A stretch of DNA of 62,988 nt, filler included. It is 3 parts of 3 records of this genome, joined end to end, with 100 filler letters (N's around TTAATTAATTAA, not from the genome) between each part and the next. Parts side by side here need not be neighbours in the genome. Positions count along the whole stretch, not along the records: positions 26,906 to 56,935 come from SRR22947727_5750; 2 more parts are not named here. The stretch is one strand, 5' to 3'. The notes beneath the pieces are model-generated. The model had not been told where the DNA came from and did no database searches. It saw only the letters and a program-made list of their open reading frames with translations. The position numbers were made by a program, and so were the translations under genes. Shown piece after piece: positions 31,901 through 41,609 of the stretch. The first letter of the stretch is position 1. Every line of letters begins with the position of its first letter.

Positions 31901-32301
31901 TGTTTCGCTTTATTTCATTCCTATTCTTGGTTTTGCCATTGAATCAAGCGCTAGCCACTGGTTGGGGAAAAGTGGCGGCAAAAAAAGAAGAGGTTGGATT
32001 TTCTTGGACGGCCCCGTTATGGCCAGATTTTTGGATGGCCTGGACACCGGCTACATTTCTGCTGTTTTGCGGAATCTTCTCAGCGATGGCAGTAATCACC
32101 GTTTTGGAAATACGTCGACCGGGTGGCAATGAGCGGCGCGGTGTGTTGGGTTTAACGACCACGCGCGGTGATAGATTGTTTATTTCGTTATTGGGGGCAG
32201 CTTATATCTTTTTGGCGTGGCTTGGCGTGATGGGGCAACCATTATGGTGGCCAGTGGCGATCAGTATTGGGTGGATGGTTTTCTGCTTTTGGAAAGTGTG
32301 A
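31897..32301 (+). CDS. glpU: DUF2160 small membrane protein GlpU-like with N-terminal extension
   Basis: WMAWT...ERRGVLGLTTTRGDRLFISLL signature. Confidence 0.85.
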   Translation: MMFRFISFLFLVLPLNQALATGWGKVAAKKEEVGFSWTAPLWPDFWMAWTPATFLLFCGIFSAMAVITVLEIRRPGGNERRGVLGLTTTRGDRLFISLLGAAYIFLAWLGVMGQPLWWPVAISIGWMVFCFWKV

Positions 32302-32380
32302 AATTTCACTTTGGAATTAATGATGCTTCGTGTTTACTGATATGGTAAGCACGGCAAACATAGCCCGAGGACCAAATTTA

Positions 32381-32776
32381 ATGAGAGAGAAGAAAAAACA
32401 TGAATTTCTGACTGAAGTTGAGTTGGAATTTATGAGTAAGCTTTGGACCTTAGGGGAAGCCACTGTGCGCGATGTGCTGGACAAACTGCCGAATGAGCGT
32501 GGTTTGGCCTATACATCCGCAGCAACAATACTCCGGATTTTAGAGCAAAAAGAATTTGTTACCAGCCGCAAAGAAGGCAAAAGCCATGTTTATCAACCGG
32601 CTTTGGCAAAACATGCTTATCAAGCGCGCTCGCTAAAAGATCTGTCCACCAAATTGTTTGACGATGCGCCTGCCTCTTTGGTTGCACGTTTAGTGAATGA
32701 CGATTCTTTGACAGAAGAAGTCTTGTCTCAAATCCGTGAACTTGTGGATAAGAGGTTAAAAAATGATATCGATTAG
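32381..32776 (+). CDS. BlaI/MecI/CopY family transcriptional repressor
   Basis: LTEVELEFMSKLW...ATVRDV...LAYTSAATILRILEQKEFV; start 32381 preferred over 32330/32342. Confidence 0.92.
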   Translation: MREKKKHEFLTEVELEFMSKLWTLGEATVRDVLDKLPNERGLAYTSAATILRILEQKEFVTSRKEGKSHVYQPALAKHAYQARSLKDLSTKLFDDAPASLVARLVNDDSLTEEVLSQIRELVDKRLKNDID

Positions 32777-33908
32777 TGCAATTTTAGATGTTTTTATCAC
32801 ATTAAATATTTTGATTTTAGTAGCATTTTTCGGCTGGTGGATCTGTCGCTATCTATTACGATCCTTTGGCTTACAGCATGCTTATCGAAGCCATTTGAAA
32901 CTTTTGAACGCTTTATTCTTGGCCATTCTTATTTCCCCTGCTTTGATTTTAATGTTGAATGCTTTGCAAACACACGGGTTTACCGCGCATTTAAAGTTCA
33001 ATCTGTCGGATCAAGTTGTCTCGCATTATTTAAGCGGTGGATTTGATATGAAAGCGTCCGATCTAGAGCGTCTTTTGGCAGTCCGGGGCGCTGTAACCGA
33101 AAATGTAGCAAATGCTGCTGGATGGGGCGCGTCAAGCATAATTGCCGTATTTCTATTGGGGTGTGTGATATCTGTTGGGAGGCTAATTTTTTCAGCATTT
33201 TGTCTCTACAGAATAGTGCGTCAAAGCCACGCTTGGCGTAAGTTGGGGCGGGTAAAAATCAGTTTATCTGACCGGATATTGGTGCCTTTCTCAACGCGTG
33301 GTTTGCGAAATTACTATATTGTGATCCCGTCCCATATGCTTGGCCAAAAGGATGAGATGAAAGTATCTTTGGCGCATGAGCTGCAGCATTTGCGGCAAGG
33401 CGATATCGAATGGGAAATTTTACTCGAAGTTTTAAAGCCAATCTTTTTTTGGAACCCGGCTTATCACGCCTGGAAGCGGCAAGTGGAACATTTGCGCGAA
33501 TTAAGCTGTGATAGCGAAGTGCTTAAAAAAGGTCGGGTTGATATCGTTTCTTATTGCGAAACTTTGCTATCCGTTTGCCAAAGAACCCTACGCAAAGATC
33601 GTAGCTTTTTGATCGCGTTTCCAAAGGTCACCTTGGTGACAGCAGATCGCTTGTCTTGGCGAGAAGGTAGAAAAAGCCTTTTAGAACAGCGGGTCGTGTC
33701 GCTTCTTCATGCCAATCATATGCGGCGCCCGCGTATTTTGATCCTCTGTTTCATTGTGCCGCTTGTGGCATCTGTGCTGTTATGCGCAGTAGCGATCCAG
33801 CGTTCAGGCGATTGGAGCCAAGATCGGCTCATGCTATCCACAATCGTTAATTTAGAGCGGTTAGATCAAATAAATTCTCAAGCAAGCACGCTGGGTGCTT
33901 GGAATTAG
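32763..33908 (+). CDS. M56 family (BlaR1/MecR1-like) membrane metallopeptidase, no penicillin-binding sensor domain
   Basis: Several TM segments, AHELQHLRQGD zinc motif, FFWNP, RELSCD; overlaps the BlaI-like gene. Confidence 0.9.
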   Translation: MISISAILDVFITLNILILVAFFGWWICRYLLRSFGLQHAYRSHLKLLNALFLAILISPALILMLNALQTHGFTAHLKFNLSDQVVSHYLSGGFDMKASDLERLLAVRGAVTENVANAAGWGASSIIAVFLLGCVISVGRLIFSAFCLYRIVRQSHAWRKLGRVKISLSDRILVPFSTRGLRNYYIVIPSHMLGQKDEMKVSLAHELQHLRQGDIEWEILLEVLKPIFFWNPAYHAWKRQVEHLRELSCDSEVLKKGRVDIVSYCETLLSVCQRTLRKDRSFLIAFPKVTLVTADRLSWREGRKSLLEQRVVSLLHANHMRRPRILILCFIVPLVASVLLCAVAIQRSGDWSQDRLMLSTIVNLERLDQINSQASTLGAWN

Positions 33909-34327
33909 GCGGCGCCCGTTAGCGTTAAGATAGACGCTTGGAAATGCATGGAACACAAACAGGCCTGAAACCCGGCCAAGAAGCTTGACGCAGCTGAAAC
34001 AGTGCAGTTTGCTTGATAATTCTTCAACGTTTTCTAGGAAAATTCTCCGGACATTTTTTAGCTTCATCGATATTGCCCGCACTCGTATCTCTCTTCTTTA
34101 ACAAGGGAGAAGACATAGTATATACTAATCACGCTGATATAAGCGGGATACACACGCATTCTCCACCTGTCGGTCGTCAAGGGTTTCGGAATTCTGAGGG
34201 GCTTTCGTAAAGGAGGCTCTGGATTTGAGCACAAGCAATACCATAGATGGAGCAGAGCCTCTTTTAAATCAGGCGGCTCTCTGTCTCACATAAAAAAAGA
34301 TGAACAGTCACCCTATCTCAAACAATC

Positions 34328-34501
34328 ATGGATGAAAAGATTGGTAAACTTCTGCAGAACCTTCAGAGCAGAGAAGGTGAGTTGAAAGACATCACAGGTT
34401 AGGAAGAAGCCGTTTCAAATCTGCTATCATATATGGACCTCCTTGATTTAGAAGGTGATCTTGAATTTAGAGAATTGGTCTCTGAAATTTCTGCGAGGTA
34501 A
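34328..34501 (+). pseudogene. Possible small pseudogene with one in-frame TAG
   Basis: MDEKIGKLLQNLQSREGELKDITG*EEAVSNLLSYMDLLDLEGDLEFRELVSEISAR*; protein-like helical composition on both sides of TAG 34400-34402. Confidence 0.35.
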
Positions 34502-34713
34502 AAGGGAAACATATGAGGCGACCGAAGGGAGGCCTCTCTGCATGAATATGCTGCTAAAATTGCAATAAAATAAAATTCACGATGCATATGCGAAATATTT
34601 TTAACCGCCCCACAGCAGAATTGGGTGTTCAACTTGCAATTAAAGCGGTTAGGATGATCTCTAGAGTAACACCGTATTCGGCCAAGCAATTTTAGACCGA
34701 GAGGGGTTTTCCG

Positions 34714-35169
34714 ATGTCAGAACACAACGGCGGATGTCTGTGTGGTGATCTCAGATATAAAGTGATGGGAACCCCTGAGATCGGTGCCGTGTGCCATTGT
34801 CGATATTGTCAACTTCGAACGGGATCAGCATTTGGTACGCTTGCGTATTTTAAAGATGAAAACTTCAAAATCACCGCAGGTAAAGCTAAGGAATACACTT
34901 TTACGAGCGAAAGTGGTACGCAGTGGGAAACATTCTTTTGCGATACCTGCGCGACAACTATCTTTATCAAATTAGAAGTAAGACAGGGATTAATCGGGGT
35001 AACTGCAGGCACGCTTGATCCACCCACATTTTGGTTTGAGTTAGACAGAGAAGCATTTATGCGTTCCAAAGCAACTTTCGTGGGAGACATAAATGCAAAA
35101 GAGACCCATGAAACAATTGGATATTACGCCCCAAAAGTTGATGAACCCAAACGCAGAAAAGGTGGTTAG
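34714..35169 (+). CDS. GFA/CENP-V family zinc protein
   Basis: GGCLCG, CHCRYCQ, FCDTCAT. Confidence 0.92.
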   Translation: MSEHNGGCLCGDLRYKVMGTPEIGAVCHCRYCQLRTGSAFGTLAYFKDENFKITAGKAKEYTFTSESGTQWETFFCDTCATTIFIKLEVRQGLIGVTAGTLDPPTFWFELDREAFMRSKATFVGDINAKETHETIGYYAPKVDEPKRRKGG

Positions 35170-35580
35170 ATGACCCATACTGGAAAATGTTATTGTGGAG
35201 ATATTCGGTTTGAGTTTGAGGATCCGATACAATCTCAATTGCTCTGCCATTGCAGAGAATGCCGCTATCTTTCGGGCGGTGAAGCAAATGCCTCTATCGT
35301 AATTTTGGAAGAGACGTTTCGTGTCACAAAGGGTGAACTGAAAACATTCTCAAGGCGTGATTTAGACTCCCCGCGGATCAGATATTTTTGTGGAAATTGT
35401 GGCACGCATATCTGTGTCAAAAGCCCTCCTCGACCGGGCATGTTGGTTTTGAAAATTGGCACATTGGACGATCACTCTTGGTTTAGTCCTAAGGCAGCAA
35501 TTTTTTGCATTGATCAACAGCCGTATCACATCATACCCACAGATGTTCCAAGTTTTGAAAAAACGCCGCCACCCAAGTGA
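35170..35580 (+). CDS. GFA/CENP-V family zinc protein
   Basis: GKCYCG, CHCRECR, FCGNCGT, GTLDD. Confidence 0.92.
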   Translation: MTHTGKCYCGDIRFEFEDPIQSQLLCHCRECRYLSGGEANASIVILEETFRVTKGELKTFSRRDLDSPRIRYFCGNCGTHICVKSPPRPGMLVLKIGTLDDHSWFSPKAAIFCIDQQPYHIIPTDVPSFEKTPPPK

Positions 35581-35601
35581 TAATATTTACTGGAGAAGAA
35601 A

Positions 35602-35772
35602 TTATTTCTGATGAAATTTAAATATCTTCTGCGCGTGAATTTACACACAATTTACGCGTTCAAAATCCACATTGCCTGCGTGATAAACCAATTCCAGATC
35701 CGCGCCACCTAACAAAACTGTCTCTGACCTATTCTTGTGAATGAATTTGTTGCAAGCTGCGTCAAAGTCCTT
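35602..35772 (-). pseudogene. Decayed remnant resembling the C-terminus of an Asp/Glu racemase family protein
   Basis: Minus frame KDFDAACNKFIHKNRSETVLLGGADLELVYHAGNVDFERVNCV*IHAQKIF; resembles the racemase LGG/CTDL...D...HA pattern; internal stop, no start. Confidence 0.3.
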
Positions 35773-36305
35773 TTTAATGCTATGTTTTTGGATTTTTTAT
35801 TCGTTTGCAACATACCTTTTTAGATCATTGCAGATTTCGTTGAAGCAAATATAACATATAAGGTGTACCCAAATCCTGAATTTAGGTAAAGAAAATGCGG
35901 CGCGACATGTCTAATGTTTGAATGCTCTATCGCTAAAGTTCCCATCACTGATCACTCAACATTTATCATTAACCCGTCAGATTATTGATAAAGGCAATTC
36001 CTTGCGCTGATTGGTTATGCTCTTATTGCGTCTGGCAATTAGAAGTATACCCAGAGGCACAAATAACGAAGCTCACCTTTAAGGTATCTGAATTTTTTTC
36101 TGAAGGAATATTGAGCCTTTCTTCCTACCATTTTTAATTTGAAAAGGCAGAGGCTTACGCACAAGGGAGACCCGTTTATGGTCACCCCTCTTGCTCGTTC
36201 CGCCAGACTGATTTCGGATCTTTGGAAGACTGTTGAGAGAGCCGTAGTAAAGCTCTTGCATTGCAAAATTTGGATATGAAATTGAATGATCACGCCTGAG
36301 CGCTT

Positions 36306-37301
36306 TTAAGCGACCTTGTCCAGAGGTTCGCGGCCGTTGAAGAATTCTATCAGATTTTGAACCACTCTATTTCCCATCTCGTTTCGGGTCTCGATTGAGG
36401 CACTGCCCAAATGGGGAAGTACGACTAAATTATCGCATTGTAATAAATGGGATGAAATCTTTGGTTCGCCCTGATACACGTCCAAGCCGGCGCCGCCGAT
36501 ACACCCAAACATCAGCGATTGCGCGAGCGCATATTCATCGATCACCTCTCCTCTGGCCGTATTTATTAAAAAAGCGTCTGGTTTCATCAATTCGAGCCTG
36601 CGGTTATTCATCAAATGGCGATTTTCAGCGCCACCCGGACAATGCAGGGACACAAAATCGCTTTGCGGCAATAAATCATCAAGTGTCGCAACTTGCGTGG
36701 CATTATACCGTTTGAGAATTGCCTGTTTAACTGCAGAGCGATTATGCACCACGATCTTCATCCCAAAGCCATGATGTGCGCGCTGCGCCATCGCCTGTCC
36801 GATGCGGCCAAACCCGACAATTCCCAATGTTTTTCCTGTCACTTTAGACCCCATCATATGCGTGGGGCGCCAACCTGACCAATTACCAGAGCGGATTTCA
36901 CGCTCGCCCTCGCCGGCCCGCCGCGCAACCATCAACAAAAGCGTCATCGCCAAGTCTGCGGTGCAATCCGACAAAACATCGGGGGTATTCGTGACGGTTA
37001 TTCCCAATTTCTGCGTCGCATGGGTATCAATATGGCTATAGCCAACACCGTAATTTGCTAATATTTTTGTGCGCGCCTGTGCCATATCCAGCACTTCGGG
37101 GCCCAATTTATCGGTGACCGTTGGCAAAATTGCATCAAAATCCGAAAACGCCTGACGAAAATCGGTTGCGTTAAGGGGGGTGTCTGAGCGGTTGAATACA
37201 GCGTCAAATTCCTCCGATAATTTGCTTTCGATTGCCGATGGCCAACGCCGCGTTACCAAAACGCGTGGTTTTTTATTCATGATTAAGGCTCCACTCATCA
37301 C
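36306..37301 (-). CDS. D-isomer 2-hydroxyacid dehydrogenase (glyoxylate/hydroxypyruvate reductase-like)
   Basis: GVGYSHID, NTPDVL, GIVGFGRIG, INTARG, GLDVY, PHLGSA; start 37301, 37298 or 37280. Confidence 0.9.
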   Translation of the reverse strand: MMSGALIMNKKPRVLVTRRWPSAIESKLSEEFDAVFNRSDTPLNATDFRQAFSDFDAILPTVTDKLGPEVLDMAQARTKILANYGVGYSHIDTHATQKLGITVTNTPDVLSDCTADLAMTLLLMVARRAGEGEREIRSGNWSGWRPTHMMGSKVTGKTLGIVGFGRIGQAMAQRAHHGFGMKIVVHNRSAVKQAILKRYNATQVATLDDLLPQSDFVSLHCPGGAENRHLMNNRRLELMKPDAFLINTARGEVIDEYALAQSLMFGCIGGAGLDVYQGEPKISSHLLQCDNLVVLPHLGSASIETRNEMGNRVVQNLIEFFNGREPLDKVA

Positions 37302-38188
37302 GTGACCTCTTTCAAAACGTCTGCGATTGTATCACCGATGACCGCGGGATTAGGAGCAACCGTAACGCCCGCCGCAGATAGGATTTCAACTTTTTCACTT
37401 GCGCTTTCGCCAAAGGCCGAGATTATCGCGCCAGCATGGCCCATCGTGCGCCCTTTCGGCGCGGTTAAACCCGCCACATATGCCACGACTGGTTTTTTCA
37501 CATGGTCGCGGATATAGGCCGCTGCTTCGGCTTCTTGTGGCCCACCTATTTCGCCGATCATGCAAATGATATGCGTGTCATCATCTTCCTCAAAGCGCTG
37601 TAATAGATCTTTAAATGAAGATCCGTTAATCGGATCCCCGCCGATCCCAACCGATGTAGATACTCCTACACCATGGGCTTTCAGCTGTGCCGCAGCCTCA
37701 TATCCAAGGGTGCCAGAGCGACCGATGATGCCAACATGACCCGGCAGGTAGATATGGCCGGGCATGATCCCCAATAAAGCCTTGTCAGGGCTGATTGTGC
37801 CCGCGCAATTTGGCCCCGTCAGGACCATCCGCCGATCTTTGGGATATCGATACATATACCGTTTGACCTGAATCATATCCTGAGCAGGGATGCCATCGGT
37901 GATGCAAACGCAGTATTTAATGCCAGCATCTGCGGCTTCCATAATACTGTCAGCGGCAAAGGGGGGTGGCACAAAGACCAAACTGGCTTCTGCATCTGTC
38001 TGCGCAACGGCCTCTTCTACGGTGTCAAAAACCGGCAGTCCCTCAACGGTTTGGCCACCTTTTCCGGGCACGACACCCGCCACCAAATTGGTGCCATAGG
38101 CCAGCATATCGGCCGTATGAAATCGTGCCATTTTTCCGGTAATGCCCTGAACGATGACGCGGGTATCTTGGTCAATAAGAATACTCAT
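37298..38188 (-). CDS. mtkB: Malate--CoA ligase alpha subunit (SucD paralog)
   Basis: [41 protein letters not shown]; paired with mtkA and near mcl; start MSILID at 38188. Confidence 0.85.
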   Translation of the reverse strand: MSILIDQDTRVIVQGITGKMARFHTADMLAYGTNLVAGVVPGKGGQTVEGLPVFDTVEEAVAQTDAEASLVFVPPPFAADSIMEAADAGIKYCVCITDGIPAQDMIQVKRYMYRYPKDRRMVLTGPNCAGTISPDKALLGIMPGHIYLPGHVGIIGRSGTLGYEAAAQLKAHGVGVSTSVGIGGDPINGSSFKDLLQRFEEDDDTHIICMIGEIGGPQEAEAAAYIRDHVKKPVVAYVAGLTAPKGRTMGHAGAIISAFGESASEKVEILSAAGVTVAPNPAVIGDTIADVLKEVT

Positions 38189-39384
38189 GTAATGGCTCTC
38201 AATTTTTTTATATCCGAATTGCCGCTTTTCCAAGCGGCAACAGAACGTTCGGCAGCCTCATTCAAAGTTGTTGCGCGAATGATAGGGAGTCCCGATTTTG
38301 CAAGTATTTTTTGTCCTGCTTCAACGTTTGTTCCTGCCAATCTTACAATCACAGGCACGTTTACACTGACTTGCCGTAAGGCTTGCACAACGCCTTCTGC
38401 GACCCAGTCGCAGCGGTTGATACCAGCGAATATATTCACCAGCACCGCCTGAACATTGCTATCTGATAAGACCAGTCGAAAGGCTTTGGTCACCCGTTCG
38501 GGCGTAGCGCCTCCACCAATATCTAGGAAATTCGCCGGTTCACCCCCCGCCAATTTAATGGTATCCATCGTGGCCATGGCCAAACCTGCGCCATTGACGA
38601 TGCAGCCGATATTCCCTTCAAGGCCCACATAGCTTAAGCCGCGATCTGCTGCTCGGCTTTCGCGGGGGTCCTCTTGGCTTTTGTCCCGTAATTCGCTGAT
38701 ATTTGGATGACGAAAGAGAGCATTGTCATCAAAGGTCATCTTCGCATCCAAGGCTAAAATGCGATTATCCCCCGTAATCACCAAAGGGTTTATTTCGACC
38801 ATTGTCGCGTCATATTCCCGGAAGGCCCGATAAGCGCCTTTTAGGGTGCGCACCATGCTCTGCGTCAGTGCCGGATCGATCCCCAATTTAAAAGCGATTT
38901 GTCGGCATTGAAAATCCTGCAAACCAACGGCAGGCTCTACAGTCGCCCGCACGATACTGTCTGGCCGTTCCGCGGAAATATCTTCGATTTCCATACCGCC
39001 CTCTGCAGATGCAACGATCATGACCCGCTGGGAGGTGCGATCCAAAACGAAGCCCAGATAAATCTCTCGTTCGATGGGCACTGCCGCTTCGACATAGACG
39101 CGGTAAATGCCTTTGCCCTCGGCGCCTGTTTGGTGCGTAACAAGCTTATGGCCGAACAAAGATTCACAGATTGTGAAGATCTCATTATCGCTGCGGCAAA
39201 GCTTTACGCCACCGGCTTTTCCGCGACCACCCGCATGTATCTGAGCTTTCACAACCCAACACTCGCCCCCCAATTCGCGGGCGCGATAGGCGGCTTGCTC
39301 TGGGCTATATGCCAAAGCGCCCGGCGGTATCTCCACGCCGAAATTCGCCAAGATTTCTTTCGCTTGGTATTCGTGGATATCCAT
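38185..39384 (-). CDS. mtkA: Malate--CoA ligase beta subunit (SucC paralog)
   Basis: [46 protein letters not shown] (Mtk-type, not SucC NIFGGI). Confidence 0.88.
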   Translation of the reverse strand: MDIHEYQAKEILANFGVEIPPGALAYSPEQAAYRARELGGECWVVKAQIHAGGRGKAGGVKLCRSDNEIFTICESLFGHKLVTHQTGAEGKGIYRVYVEAAVPIEREIYLGFVLDRTSQRVMIVASAEGGMEIEDISAERPDSIVRATVEPAVGLQDFQCRQIAFKLGIDPALTQSMVRTLKGAYRAFREYDATMVEINPLVITGDNRILALDAKMTFDDNALFRHPNISELRDKSQEDPRESRAADRGLSYVGLEGNIGCIVNGAGLAMATMDTIKLAGGEPANFLDIGGGATPERVTKAFRLVLSDSNVQAVLVNIFAGINRCDWVAEGVVQALRQVSVNVPVIVRLAGTNVEAGQKILAKSGLPIIRATTLNEAAERSVAAWKSGNSDIKKLRAIT

Positions 39385-39422
39385 GATCTTTTCCTTAAGA
39401 CTGGAGCAGCAGAGTGGGGGGG

Positions 39423-40670
39423 TTATTCGGCGGCGACCGCTGGCTTATAGGATGCATCCAACGCCGCCATCACGCGCGCATCGTTTACCTCTCCACCCAA
39501 ATCTCGGATTGCCTGCGCGAAACGCAATACGATATCGGTTACTGCGGTTTGGGAGAGTAGGTTTAAAATGCCAATACGCACTTGCACTGGCTCAGAAAGC
39601 GTGGGCCAAATTCCAAAATTTTGCGCCCGGCAATGTTGCACAAGCTCCATTTCGCGCCCTGCCAAAGCCTTTGGCAGGTTTAACACAACCAAGGATGTCA
39701 TATTCGAGGTCACCTCGCAGCCCATCGCTTCAACCGCGGTACGCAACGCAGCTTCATGATAGGCATATTCCTGCGCACGGGCCGTTAAACCTTGGTTCAG
39801 CGTAATCCGAAGCGCTTCATGAAACGCGGCCACGGCATAAGCGGAATGAGTGCGATGATAGGTACCTTTTTCAACATCTTTTCCCTCTATAATCGCCCAG
39901 TGACGGGCTTCCATAACTGGATGATGTACAAAGGTGCGCGTGCCGCTGGTATTGAGCGTTTCGATGAACCGGTCCGAGAACGAGACAGGTGCATAGGTTA
40001 AGGGCAAACATGACAGACCTTTTTGCGGACAAGACGCCCATCCATGGATGCCCGGATAATCATCAATCCGGAATGCGCCAACCCCCAAAGATGACACCGC
40101 ATCTACAAGGCCCAAAACGTTATATTTTTCGCAGGCTGCGCTGAACCCTTCAAGATCATTGACCCGCCCAGATCCGGTTTCCCAATGCGCCATCGCCGCC
40201 CATCTGGGTTTATGTTCTTGCAATGCCGCTTCAATCACATCGCCGCTCACTGAGGCTCCATGCTCGATTGTTACCACAATCACGGATGCCGCTTGGGGGT
40301 CTAGCGGGTTTTGCGCAAGCTCCTCGGCGGTTGCGGCGCGCATTCGCGCCGTCAATCCGTCAATCCCTGAAAAGGTGCCATTTACGAACATCACCACTTT
40401 GTCGCCCGGCTGTACGCCGCTGAACATCATGTCAAGGCCGCTCCATCCGGTTCCGGCAACGCCGAAGGTATGCACGTTTTGCGTTCCCCAGACCTGACGC
40501 AACATTCGTTTACATTCAACCATTCCGCGCAACACATCCGCGTGCATATGGTCAGCAAGACCGGCGCCCGCATAGGCGGCAAGTACGCGCTCGTCGGTAT
40601 TTCCTGGCCCGGGCCCCGCTGCGATTGTATTTGGAATTTCTAACTTCGTGAAGATTTGGGTCTCTAACAT
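39423..40670 (-). CDS. Class V PLP aminotransferase (serine/alanine--glyoxylate aminotransferase-like)
   Basis: [32 protein letters not shown] (PLP Lys), YHRT, RIG; AGGAGG SD before ATG 40670. Confidence 0.88.
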   Translation of the reverse strand: MLETQIFTKLEIPNTIAAGPGPGNTDERVLAAYAGAGLADHMHADVLRGMVECKRMLRQVWGTQNVHTFGVAGTGWSGLDMMFSGVQPGDKVVMFVNGTFSGIDGLTARMRAATAEELAQNPLDPQAASVIVVTIEHGASVSGDVIEAALQEHKPRWAAMAHWETGSGRVNDLEGFSAACEKYNVLGLVDAVSSLGVGAFRIDDYPGIHGWASCPQKGLSCLPLTYAPVSFSDRFIETLNTSGTRTFVHHPVMEARHWAIIEGKDVEKGTYHRTHSAYAVAAFHEALRITLNQGLTARAQEYAYHEAALRTAVEAMGCEVTSNMTSLVVLNLPKALAGREMELVQHCRAQNFGIWPTLSEPVQVRIGILNLLSQTAVTDIVLRFAQAIRDLGGEVNDARVMAALDASYKPAVAAE

Positions 40671-40862
40671 GATGCCTCCTAAAGAACCGATTCTCATTGC
40701 GTCATCGACAATGTATTTTGTTTGACAATGGAAACAAACATCAGTAATTACTGCCTTTGGACATCTAATAGTACTGGAAATTACCCACCCATAATAATTG
40801 AAATAGGGTCAAAGCTTTGATTTGAGCGCCAAACGGGTGGTAAATTCAGGTGAGAGAAGCCT

Positions 40863-41498
40863 ATGTTGACTGAAAAAGAGCTACCAATCGATATAATGAT
40901 TGCGGATGGAAACCCGTTGGTTCTTTCCGCCATGTCGGAAGTCTTCGAAGATGATGACCGCTTTTCTTTGGTGGCAACCAGCGGTACATCAGAAAGCTTT
41001 CTTGCGGTGATTTTGCGGATCGATGTGCAGATTTGTGTGATTGACTGGACCATTCGGGATTTAGGAGCCGCAAAACTCATTGATGTTTTGCGCAGCCAAA
41101 ACGTGCCTCCGCGGATTTTGATCTATGGTGATGATAAAGACAGTGATATTCCGCGGCAAGCAATGGCGGCAGGGGCCGCCGCGTTCGTTTCAAGATCGGC
41201 ACCGATAGACGCGCTGGTGCAAACATGCATTGAAGTTGCGGCGGGCAAAATGGTATTTCCGTTCCTGGATATTCGAGAACTGCGCAACGATCCGATCACC
41301 ACTTTATCCCGCAAGGAAAGGCTTATTCTTGACTCGCTTGCAGAGGGTTTGACAAATAAGCAACTTGCCAGCCGATTGGAACTTTCGATCAACACCGTTA
41401 AATTTCACATGTCGAATATTTTTGACAAATTGGGTGTGAACAATCGCGCGCAGGCGATCGCACATTACTATGTGTCTCGATCTAAAATAGACGAATAG
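40863..41498 (+). CDS. NarL/LuxR-type response regulator (REC + LuxR HTH) with atypical receiver
   Basis: LSRKE...GLTNKQLA...SINTVKFH..NIFDKL..NNR HTH; REC-like N-terminus. Confidence 0.92.
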   Translation: MLTEKELPIDIMIADGNPLVLSAMSEVFEDDDRFSLVATSGTSESFLAVILRIDVQICVIDWTIRDLGAAKLIDVLRSQNVPPRILIYGDDKDSDIPRQAMAAGAAAFVSRSAPIDALVQTCIEVAAGKMVFPFLDIRELRNDPITTLSRKERLILDSLAEGLTNKQLASRLELSINTVKFHMSNIFDKLGVNNRAQAIAHYYVSRSKIDE

Positions 41499-41609
41499 TT
41501 TTCAAAACCTAGCCAAAGTGGATTGATAAATTTTTAATTGACAGGGTAATTTTTTTACATTTACTGGTTATTAATTGCAATAATATTTCACAACAAAAGG
41601 TTTCAAACC

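Noticed and set aside
33861..34210. ORFs 33861-34082 (-) and 34013-34210 (+)
   Set aside because: They overlap each other, lack recognisable motifs and lie in decayed islet DNA
34714..35580. Labelling the GFA genes as gfa (formaldehyde-activating enzyme)
   Set aside because: Shorter generic GFA/CENP-V type with no adjacent frmA/fghA
36166..36206. Sequence ending CCGCCA as a tRNA 3' end or integration site, or an IS end
   Set aside because: No TTCGA T-loop, no cloverleaf, no matching repeat or transposase in the contig
37298..39384. Calling the ligase pair housekeeping sucCD
   Set aside because: No mdh/sucAB context, NIFAGINRC signature and linkage to mcl favour mtkAB
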